A stretch of DNA of 64,000 nt from an uncultured Candidatus Saccharibacteria bacterium (lineage in GTDB: Bacteria; Patescibacteriota; Saccharimonadia; Saccharimonadales; AWTP1-31), in contig CAYPDT010000001.1 of NCBI GenBank assembly GCA_964409615.1, forward strand, positions 78,629 to 142,628, written 5' to 3'. The position numbers and the translations under genes are program-made. The notes beneath the pieces are model-generated. The model was not told the DNA's origin. It was given only the letters and a program-made list of their open reading frames with translations, and did no database searches. Positions 34,470-42,750 of this stretch are shown one piece after another (position 1 is the stretch's first letter; every line of letters starts with the position of its first letter).

Positions 34470-37400
34470 TCAATCTAAGCCTGTTGTTGGCTTGATGATA
34501 TAGCTGTTCTGGCCGCCCACCTCGCCTTTTAGTCGTGGGAGACTAATCTTCACGCTCGTACCAGCTCCTACTTCACTGTCTATGGATATGGTCCCGCCGC
34601 TCTGTTCAATGACATGCTTGGCTACAAACATGCTCAAACCAAGTCCTTGGTGATCAAACGTCTGGGTGTCCGTACCACGCTGTAGTGGCTCAAATAGTCC
34701 ATTAAGTACTTCGGGGCTGAGGCCTGGACCATTGTCGCTCACCTTAATGGACACCTTATTTCTCTGGCTTTGCGCCCCTACAACTGCCTTGCTTCCTGCA
34801 GGGCTGTACTCTATTGCATTGCCAATAACGGCACTGAGAATGTAGTCGAGCTGGTCAGATTGAAGCGGCACTAACAGACCGTCCGCCACATTAGACTGTA
34901 ACGTACTGCCCTTTTCTTGTGCTAATCTTTGAACCGCAGGTTCAATAGATTGTTTGTAGTAACTTGCTGCGTCCACAGAAGCTGCTGGATTAATCTGCGT
35001 CAGACGTTGGTAACTCGTAAGTTCCTGAGTCAGCTTGTGCAACATGGTTAGTCCGTTGACAAGTAGATGAGCGTCAGGAAGCTGTGCCATACCTTCAGTC
35101 CCTTGACTCAACTGGTCGGTGTGGTGCTGCAAAGCAGGCGCTACTGACTGCAGGAGCTCTTCTTTTTGCTTGGTCACCATCTGAACATTTGCTAATTCTC
35201 GGTCGATGTCAGCATGTAAGACTTTGGATCGCTTATGGTAGACGTAGTAAATTCCAATAAGCAGCGCACTGAAAATGGCTAGGAGTATCAAGTTAACGAG
35301 GCGGGCACCGCGCTTCTCGTAGGCACCTGTCAACAGCAGGGTCAGGTCAATAGCGGCGATAGCCAGGGCAATCCCAAGCAAGCTAGCCCACATCGTACGT
35401 GCCTTAGTGAGCAGTTTTTGGTCAGAATCCGCGAAGCTTGATTGACCACCCTGTGCCAGTGAGGCTTCCACTGAACCTTCGAAACCTTGCACCGTTGAAC
35501 GCAGTGCAATGAGTTTCTGCCCAAAGTTGGCAAGGAATATACTATCCAGTGTATGCTTGCTGGTCATGAGTTCATGGGCACCCTGCAAAACTGCTAACGG
35601 CGTATTAAGGTAGTGGGTGATGATCTCAAGGAATTGCTGAGTCATGCTGGCTCGTTGTTTAGCTTTTGCGATGGCCTGCTGAGCATCTCGTGTAAAGCGG
35701 TACTCTCGCCATGCTTGCAGTACATAAGCAAGCGCAAGCAACAGGAGTAAGGATATGAATAGGTAGTAATCTGCTCCAGGCTTTCGAAGCATGTCACTAC
35801 CTGATGAGCTCTTTTTGGTAGTCGCTCGATCTCTAGTCTGCCGGTACAAATTCTTAGGTGTTGGTATGTTACTTTTGTCTAGATTAGTATTTTGAGAGCT
35901 CGTTGGCGCACGAGGAACGGAGCTGATACTAACTGTTACGGCACAAGTATTTGCGACAGTTGTTGTACCCTGACTGGTTTTAATCCGCGCGGTTGCTTTG
36001 TATGTCCCATTCTTTATATACCTATGATTGGCGGCGGGCGCAGATGACTCAATACTGCTACCGTCTCCAAAATCAAATAAGTAGGACTGAATATTAGTGT
36101 TACTGACTTGTCCCTTTGCCGTGAAGCTAACATCTAGTGGTGCCGTTCGTAGTGCGTTGCTAGTGTCTGCCAGTGCTACGAGGCGAGTGCAGGCATAGCT
36201 GGTCGTTGGCTGAGTAGGCGGAGGTACACTGGGTGTATGATAGGTGGCACGCGCTGCATTATTGATAGGCAATAAGGTCAGATCTTGATGCATGGCATAG
36301 GCGTTTTCAAACTGCTGCAAAGAATCTGATTCGTTTGCATCATCCAAATAATATCCCCCGAAGATAGCACCTTCGGCAGTAGTAATGGTCGCCGTCAGGG
36401 TTATATCGAACTCTATACTTTGATCAACTGCCAGTGGAATTGAATCATCTGCAGCAACACACGCAATCAACCCATTGTTAGGATAAAGATCATTGAAGTA
36501 TGGGTCATCAAAATCAGAGCCAGTTCCGATGTATTGACACCCGACCTGACTCGTATTTGTGTTGGAAACATAGGTGAATCCAGCTGGCATAAAGTAGTAT
36601 AGTCCACCACCAAAGAATGAATTATATGGCCCATAATTTGTAATCGTAATGTGCGACGATACCGTTGCTCCACTCTGTATAGGTGATGGTCCTGGCGCAG
36701 TAATAGCCAGTCCGAAATCAGTCTGAATCACGGTATTAATACGGATGTTATGGTTGGAGCCAAGCGTAAGGCCGCCACCGAGCGGCCATCGAGCGCTATC
36801 TAGCGATAGATCTTGTATATTTTGGTACTTTATACTGCCACCATTAAGAGACAGGAAATCGGGACTTACGTAGGACCAATCTAGATCAGTCGTATTGTCG
36901 CCTGGCGACACTGTGTAGGTGAACGTCAGAACTGCTGTCCCCGATCCTCCGGTATACTGAGCGGTCAGTCCGTCACGCAAGTTCAGTTGGGGCGCGCCAG
37001 TAACATAGACTGGGGTGGCAAACGTTAACTTTAGGGCAATTACCGTACCCACACCATATGTTCCATCGGGGGTTGATGTATCAATGGTTGGCACCTCACA
37101 CTTCTCGCCTGCATCGATGATGACCCAGTTGTAGTCGGCTGTAAGCGTTTGATGAACTGTAATAGCCTGGCAATACGCTACACTAGGTGCATCAAGTGGC
37201 ACATTCGACTGAACGCCATGTGCTAGCCATCCGATAAGAGATTGATCGTAGCTCTGCAAAGAAAAACCTTCTGAGCCGATCAGCATTCCTTCCATAGTTG
37301 TGACATTGCCAACATCCCAGGTATCAAGTGACTGGTCAAAGGCGCTGGCATTCTGGAACATACCTCCCATATTAGTAACATGGCTCACATCCCAGCCGTT

Positions 37401-37520
37401 GAGGGATTGGTTGAAGGATGTAGCTCCACTGAACATTCTATTCATGTTGGTAACATGGCTCACATCCCAGTCGCCCAGCGGCTGGTCGAAGGCGCTGGAA
37501 TTCATGAACATACCATCCAT
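34470..37520 (-). CDS. Sensor histidine kinase paralog, C-terminal fragment (3 LRR units, cap, Ig-like, DUF11, PKD, TM, H-box, TM hairpin, HATPase_c)
   Basis: 1,016 aa. AFDQPLGDWDVSHVTNM repeats. H-box ITHYLNTPLAVLQGAHEL. HATPase_c boxes IGNAIEYS, DNGPGLS, GLGLSMFVAKHV. Same frame as 37536..39044, with only a TAA plus 5 sense codons between them. Confidence 0.8.
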   Translation of the reverse strand: MDGMFMNSSAFDQPLGDWDVSHVTNMNRMFSGATSFNQSLNGWDVSHVTNMGGMFQNASAFDQSLDTWDVGNVTTMEGMLIGSEGFSLQSYDQSLIGWLAHGVQSNVPLDAPSVAYCQAITVHQTLTADYNWVIIDAGEKCEVPTIDTSTPDGTYGVGTVIALKLTFATPVYVTGAPQLNLRDGLTAQYTGGSGTAVLTFTYTVSPGDNTTDLDWSYVSPDFLSLNGGSIKYQNIQDLSLDSARWPLGGGLTLGSNHNIRINTVIQTDFGLAITAPGPSPIQSGATVSSHITITNYGPYNSFFGGGLYYFMPAGFTYVSNTNTSQVGCQYIGTGSDFDDPYFNDLYPNNGLIACVAADDSIPLAVDQSIEFDITLTATITTAEGAIFGGYYLDDANESDSLQQFENAYAMHQDLTLLPINNAARATYHTPSVPPPTQPTTSYACTRLVALADTSNALRTAPLDVSFTAKGQVSNTNIQSYLFDFGDGSSIESSAPAANHRYIKNGTYKATARIKTSQGTTTVANTCAVTVSISSVPRAPTSSQNTNLDKSNIPTPKNLYRQTRDRATTKKSSSGSDMLRKPGADYYLFISLLLLLALAYVLQAWREYRFTRDAQQAIAKAKQRASMTQQFLEIITHYLNTPLAVLQGAHELMTSKHTLDSIFLANFGQKLIALRSTVQGFEGSVEASLAQGGQSSFADSDQKLLTKARTMWASLLGIALAIAAIDLTLLLTGAYEKRGARLVNLILLAIFSALLIGIYYVYHKRSKVLHADIDRELANVQMVTKQKEELLQSVAPALQHHTDQLSQGTEGMAQLPDAHLLVNGLTMLHKLTQELTSYQRLTQINPAASVDAASYYKQSIEPAVQRLAQEKGSTLQSNVADGLLVPLQSDQLDYILSAVIGNAIEYSPAGSKAVVGAQSQRNKVSIKVSDNGPGLSPEVLNGLFEPLQRGTDTQTFDHQGLGLSMFVAKHVIEQSGGTISIDSEVGAGTSVKISLPRLKGEVGGQNSYIIKPTTGLD

Positions 37521-38025
37521 GCCATAGTATGAATATTAGAGTCCACCGGTACCAACAACACTTGAAGTGTCCCAACTATTGAGGGGCTGGTTGAAGGATG
37601 TAGCTCCACTGAACATTAGAGCCATGTTTGTAACACTGCCTGTATTCCAACTATTGAGGGGCTGGTTGAAGGACAAAGCTCCGGAGAACATACTCTCCAT
37701 TGAGAGTACTGCATCAGTGTCCCAACTATTGAGGGGCTGGTTGAAGGATGTAGCTCCACTGAACATTAGAGCCATGTTTGTAACACTGCCTGTATTCCAA
37801 CTATTGAGGGGTTGATTAAATGTTGGGGTGTTCAAAAACATTCTTGACATATTTGTAACACTGCCTGTATTCCAACTATTGAGGGGCTGGTTGAAGGATG
37901 TAGCCCCCCAGAACATCCCTCTCATGTCGGTAACGTTGCTGGCGTCCCAGTCGCCCAGCGGATAGTCAAAGGCGCTGGCATTCTGGAACATACCTCCCAT
38001 ATTAGTAACATGGCTCACATCCCAG
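37335..38025 (-). repeat. 61-nt perfect direct repeat (37335-37395 = 37965-38025) flanking the in-frame stop
   Basis: GTCAAAGGCGCTGGCATTCTGGAACATACCTCCCATATTAGTAACATGGCTCACATCCCAG occurs twice, 630 nt apart, one copy on each side of the TAA at 37536-37538. Confidence 0.9.
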
Positions 38026-39044
38026 GAGTTTAGAGGCTGATTAAAACTCGATGCCCCAGAGAACATACCATCCATAGCAGTTACACTACTCACATCCCAA
38101 CTGTCGAGGGGTTGATTAAAAGCAGAAGCATCCTGAAACATGTTGTTCGTATAGGTAACATGGCTCACATCCCAGGAGTTTAGAGGCTGATTCACTTTAC
38201 TGGCTCCATGAAACATATTGTCCATGTAAGTAACATTGGACAAATCGGGTGTATCTGTTGCGGTGATCGTAAGGTTGGAAGCATTTTCGAACGAAGACGC
38301 CATGCTCGCCCACTGATTCGTTCCCCATTGTTCTACGGTCAGTAGTTCCGGAGCATTTGCCGGACTCAGAAGCATGCGAGGGAATGTCCCAGTTATCTTA
38401 ACGGTATACACTCCTGTGGATGCATACGTATGATATGCAGCATCAGTAACACCCATATCCACTGCGCTATCCCCCCAATCAATATCGTAGTTGTAACCGC
38501 CCAAACTATAGGAGGGTATGGAAAGTGCCTTGCTAGCATTTTGAATATTCCAAGTAGTCACAAACTCATCAGGGGCATAAGCGTAGGTTCGACTTAATTG
38601 CACGGCCGCCGCAGTTATCAATAAGGTGAGCAGGACTCCAGTATACCCCGACCATAGCAATAATCTTTTCTTGTAGTACAGTGCTCTAGGAATAAACACC
38701 GCCTTGGCATGATGCAGCAACCCGTATCGAACCCTCGGGTCTTCCACTATGAGTGGTCTTTGGTGCCGCTTGTAGTCGAGCTGGTAGCAAATACTCAGCA
38801 CTATTACTAACAGGAGAGCTATGCATCCTAGAACAGCAAGTACAGCTAGGTAATCAATCTTGTTACCGGTAAACAGTAGTCTCCAGATGTCCCGACTTAA
38901 CGAAGAGGTGGAGCGGAGTGACAATGATATGAAAATCATGAGCAACAATGACCCGGCTACAATCATGAAATCTCTGCTATGATTGGTCAGACGGGTTCTG
39001 TGACTATAAAATCGGGTACTAATTCTGTTTCTGGTCTTACGCAT
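37536..39044 (-). CDS. Sensor histidine kinase paralog, N-terminal fragment (3 TMs, PKD-like head, 9 DUF285 LRR units), ending at an in-frame TAA
   Basis: 502 aa. N-terminus is homologous to the giant kinase (CYQLDYKRHQRPLIVEDPRVRY versus YLHIDYQAHKRPLTTEDKTVDY). FVTTWN...DIDWGDS...HTYASTGVYTVKITG. Stop TAA is at 37536-37538 (minus strand). Confidence 0.8.
   Translation of the reverse strand: MRKTRNRISTRFYSHRTRLTNHSRDFMIVAGSLLLMIFISLSLRSTSSLSRDIWRLLFTGNKIDYLAVLAVLGCIALLLVIVLSICYQLDYKRHQRPLIVEDPRVRYGLLHHAKAVFIPRALYYKKRLLLWSGYTGVLLTLLITAAAVQLSRTYAYAPDEFVTTWNIQNASKALSIPSYSLGGYNYDIDWGDSAVDMGVTDAAYHTYASTGVYTVKITGTFPRMLLSPANAPELLTVEQWGTNQWASMASSFENASNLTITATDTPDLSNVTYMDNMFHGASKVNQPLNSWDVSHVTYTNNMFQDASAFNQPLDSWDVSSVTAMDGMFSGASSFNQPLNSWDVSHVTNMGGMFQNASAFDYPLGDWDASNVTDMRGMFWGATSFNQPLNSWNTGSVTNMSRMFLNTPTFNQPLNSWNTGSVTNMALMFSGATSFNQPLNSWDTDAVLSMESMFSGALSFNQPLNSWNTGSVTNMALMFSGATSFNQPLNSWDTSSVVGTGGL
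37566..37811 (-). repeat. 96-nt perfect tandem duplication (37566-37661 = 37716-37811; 150-nt period, two LRR units)
   Basis: Base-by-base comparison of the two stretches shows them identical. First mismatches are at 37565/37715 and 37662/37812. Confidence 0.9.
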
Positions 39045-39167
39045 AATGCATCTAGCTAAGGGGATTACCTTTACATAATGTTTCCGTTTAAGCTTTATTA
39101 CTTTAAGTATAGCGGTCTTGCTCGCTACAAACTAGCGCTGAGTACTTGCGTGCCATACCAATAAAAT

Positions 39168-39785
39168 CTATAGCAGAGCAGCAATACTCTTAAGCATTCC
39201 TATATCAATCTCAACCTCTGGGTCAAGTTTACTAATAGTAATGGTGACTACAGTACTGTCCTTTAGATAGTGGAGTTGATTTGAGTCTTCGGTATAGTGC
39301 GCCGCTCCAGCAAGACCAGCTATTGCCTTGCCGTTGTCCTGGATCATACGGGTATAGATCTTTTGGGCCTCAGCCTGGTCATCTATAGTACGCGCAGTAA
39401 TACTGACCGCCCGTAATTTCTGAGTATTCGACTGAGTTACTGCATATGAGCACCCCGCTGTGGTTCCCTCACTCGTTTTGACATCTGGAAATGGAATCAT
39501 TTTTTCTTGAATTGGCTCGCCGATTATGCCCTGGATCTGATTCCTAGTGATTTTTTTACAGATTGTGCTGCTAGAATTTTCGGGGAGCTTCATAAAGCTA
39601 CCAGCATCTATAGGCTTGGATTGGGGACTCCTGAAGACCACCTTATCTCCATCATCACTAGAGGACTTGCGTACCTGCCAGAAAACAATAGAGAGTGCAA
39701 TAACAAGAAGAGCCACAGCTACACGCATGACTAGCGATCTGCGACTAGTCTTGTAGGTACGTCGTAGTGGCCGCTCCATTTTCAT
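39168..39785 (-). CDS. Hypothetical membrane-anchored protein
   Basis: ORF 39168..39854. Start set at MKMERPL (39785), which removes the overlap with the upstream gene. Single TM VAVALLVIALSIVFW. Confidence 0.45.
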   Translation of the reverse strand: MKMERPLRRTYKTSRRSLVMRVAVALLVIALSIVFWQVRKSSSDDGDKVVFRSPQSKPIDAGSFMKLPENSSSTICKKITRNQIQGIIGEPIQEKMIPFPDVKTSEGTTAGCSYAVTQSNTQKLRAVSITARTIDDQAEAQKIYTRMIQDNGKAIAGLAGAAHYTEDSNQLHYLKDSTVVTITISKLDPEVEIDIGMLKSIAALL

Positions 39786-39804
39786 CACTATATGCGCCGC
39801 TTCA

Positions 39805-42750
39805 TTAGCGAGCAGGCCTTCTGTGGCGACGCAAAAGCCAGAGAGAACCACCAAGCAACAATATAGGCAGCAAGACGGACACTATTCGCTGACCGGTCTC
39901 TCCTAGAGCATTAATCAGTCCGCCACCATTTCCACTATTACCAGAGCCACCTGGCGTTTCTGGACTTGGGATAGTGTAGGCAGCGAGCGCGATACCCTGC
40001 CCCAGCGAGTTAGCAGTAAAGTCATCAATAGCATCAGTACCAAGCACATATGCGTTGGCAAAGACTTGTTGGCCCATATAGCTTTCGGGATCACCATAGA
40101 CAATTGGTACAAGCATGGCAAAGTTTGTGAAACCATCCTCTACCGTTCCGTTCACCGTGGCAACCACGTGCACCGTAATGGATTCGCCACTGGCAAGCTC
40201 TCCTGCACCAGTGTAGAAACAATGAATGACATTATAGTTTGGGTGGCCCGAGAAGAATGGCAGTGCGTTGGCCGGCGCCAGCATACTACAGGTCACATCA
40301 TCACCCTCCGCCGAAACAAAATCAAGATTATCGGGAAGTACGTCAAGAATCAGATCCTTTTGAACTGGTACTGACCCATCAGCCGGAGACAAGTCAGCCG
40401 GAAATGGCCCATTATTCGTAGCCGTTATAGTGTAGTTCAGAGTAGCTTGATCGGCCACATCTTGTGGATTATCTAGCGTCTTTGTAATACTCATATCACT
40501 TGTAAAGCTCGTAGCGTAGGCGATGTTGTTATTAGGCCGAGCTAAAAGATAGTCCACTACGTCACTCCCGCTCGCAAACGCAGCCAAAACTGTTCCATAG
40601 TCCGGATCTCCTTGTGTGAGAGGGCCAATAACAAAGTTAGCTTGCGTACTCGGCGTGTCGTTTACGACTGTTCCCGAAACAACGACCGAGACACTCTCCC
40701 CTTCGCTCAGGATCTTAGTGCCGTCCACATAGCCACAAAGTACAATTTCGTACGCTGTATGATTTGGGAAGTAGCTACCAAAGTACGCTCCAGCTGAACC
40801 AGGACCACCGCCTATACATTCCACGCCAGTATCTGTAGTAGAGCTGAGGAAAGCGACACCGGGTGGCATAAGATCGGCTAGTAGATCATTCGAACCATGG
40901 CTACTGCCGTCCCAATAGCTAATATCAAGTGGCTCAGGGCCTTTGTTGGTCAGTGAAATCTCATACTGGACAACCTGGCCCGTTACCATGGCCTCCGGAT
41001 TGAGTAGTCGTTTGCTTACGGCGAGATCGCTGGGTGGAGTTCCTGCTGCACCAAACTCACTCGTAGCACCAAACCCATTAGGGCTATCCTCATCGATCTC
41101 AGTTGCTGTCATAGTTATATTGTCATGATTGATACCGGTCAGAGTGTGATTCAATATGCTTTGGCCATTACCCGCGTAGACAATATCGACTGAACCAAGA
41201 TAGTGCTCACCCTCGCCCGGGCCATCAGTGTCGGCAACGGTATTACTAAAGAATTCTATTCGGTAATTGCCAGCCGCACCCTGATACGAATAATCCACTT
41301 TAGTGTTGCCACCCGACTCAGTCACCCTAAAGTAGGTTGGGTAGTTTAGTTTACCATTCGGTCCTGTATCGTTGTCGGTGGAGTCGTTCACAACCGGGCC
41401 ACCCCCACCGATACTAATACCTCGGTGATCATTGTCGTGTATAGAATTCTGCGAAATCGACACATGCTGTGCGTTACCCAGGATACCTATGCCATCGAGA
41501 TAAGTAGGGTTGGTATTACTGTGTGCATTGGCAATAATATTTTTTTCTATCCTGATGTAATCGCTGTCATCAGTAACTGTAATCTGATTTTCGGGTGTTG
41601 GATATGCGGTGGTGTTATCGTCCATAACACCTAAGTTATTACCAACAACCTGTATGTTCGTAGACGGATCGTCGGTGATTGTAGAATTACCAATAGTTAA
41701 CTCTTTTGAGTATTCACCGGCCATAACGTTTTTTCCTGCGGCATTCGTGGATCCAACAACCGAATCCGTAACACCACCTAAGAAAATGCCTGACGCTCTG
41801 GCAGTGCAACCACTACAAGTCTGGGGTGCCGATGCATTAAACATAATACGGTTCGCCTGAATCGTAAGACCCGAAACATCTTCTGCTCTCACCGCACCAA
41901 AGGTATTACTCTTAATAGTATTGCCTGCTCCAGTAGCCGTGCCACCAATAAAAGCGTTGGTAGCCCCTTCAGACAGAACGATTCCTGTACCCTTTGCGGC
42001 CGTAAATAAGTTGGCGACCGCATCAGCGCCAACACCGATAAAGTTGCCCAGGATGCGCAAGTTATTGGATGGGTCACCCGTCGAACCACTGGCGACGATA
42101 CAACTTTCGGTGCAGTAGCCTAGTATATTGCGGTCGGCGGCGGCCGTACCACCAATGGTCACGTTATCTGAGTTATTAATAACCACCGAGTTCACAAAAC
42201 CATCGGTCTTTTGTTTACCATAGCCAGCTGTCTGTGTGTCGAGGTAACTACCGAGTAGCTTAAAGCCGTCAGCATGATCAAGTACAATGTTGCCGTCTTC
42301 AGAGTCAGCTATATTAAGACCTTGCAGCGTTACGTTGGGCGCAGTAACGGTAAAACCACCACCAGCATTAGTGTTATATACAGCAACTCGAACAGTACCG
42401 TTAAATGGCTGGGGAGCCTGGTTGGTGTTCTTTACGGAGTCACCTTGTGTGTATCCATCAATGAATACACTCTGCGTAATAGTCATAGGGCTGAGTGGTT
42501 CAATAAACTTATCGCCTACGGCGTCACTATCAATGCTAAAGACAATGCTATCTTGGTCACTTGGGTTGCCATTACCATTAGCATCCACAATAGCCTGCCG
42601 CAGTGAACCTGCCCCTGAATCGTTGATATTAGTCACGGTAAACGTCTGTGGAGCGGCATAGACGTGATTTGTGAACGTCCCTACTCCGAGAAAAGCCAAC
42701 ACCGCCAAGGCAGGTAGAAACCAAGACGATCGTGATCGTTTAATAATCAT
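39805..42750 (-). CDS. Large surface protein: signal peptide, CSLREA-like/right-handed beta-helix, two DUF11 repeats, LPXTG-like sorting signal (LGETG)
   Basis: 981 aa. FTVTNINDSGAGSLRQAIVDAN. DUF11 motifs YEISLTNKGPEPLD and YTITATNNGPFPAD. C-terminus INALGETGQ, then hydrophobic IVSVLLPILLLGGSLWLL, then RRHRRPAR. Confidence 0.7.
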   Translation of the reverse strand: MIIKRSRSSWFLPALAVLAFLGVGTFTNHVYAAPQTFTVTNINDSGAGSLRQAIVDANGNGNPSDQDSIVFSIDSDAVGDKFIEPLSPMTITQSVFIDGYTQGDSVKNTNQAPQPFNGTVRVAVYNTNAGGGFTVTAPNVTLQGLNIADSEDGNIVLDHADGFKLLGSYLDTQTAGYGKQKTDGFVNSVVINNSDNVTIGGTAAADRNILGYCTESCIVASGSTGDPSNNLRILGNFIGVGADAVANLFTAAKGTGIVLSEGATNAFIGGTATGAGNTIKSNTFGAVRAEDVSGLTIQANRIMFNASAPQTCSGCTARASGIFLGGVTDSVVGSTNAAGKNVMAGEYSKELTIGNSTITDDPSTNIQVVGNNLGVMDDNTTAYPTPENQITVTDDSDYIRIEKNIIANAHSNTNPTYLDGIGILGNAQHVSISQNSIHDNDHRGISIGGGGPVVNDSTDNDTGPNGKLNYPTYFRVTESGGNTKVDYSYQGAAGNYRIEFFSNTVADTDGPGEGEHYLGSVDIVYAGNGQSILNHTLTGINHDNITMTATEIDEDSPNGFGATSEFGAAGTPPSDLAVSKRLLNPEAMVTGQVVQYEISLTNKGPEPLDISYWDGSSHGSNDLLADLMPPGVAFLSSTTDTGVECIGGGPGSAGAYFGSYFPNHTAYEIVLCGYVDGTKILSEGESVSVVVSGTVVNDTPSTQANFVIGPLTQGDPDYGTVLAAFASGSDVVDYLLARPNNNIAYATSFTSDMSITKTLDNPQDVADQATLNYTITATNNGPFPADLSPADGSVPVQKDLILDVLPDNLDFVSAEGDDVTCSMLAPANALPFFSGHPNYNVIHCFYTGAGELASGESITVHVVATVNGTVEDGFTNFAMLVPIVYGDPESYMGQQVFANAYVLGTDAIDDFTANSLGQGIALAAYTIPSPETPGGSGNSGNGGGLINALGETGQRIVSVLLPILLLGGSLWLLRRHRRPAR

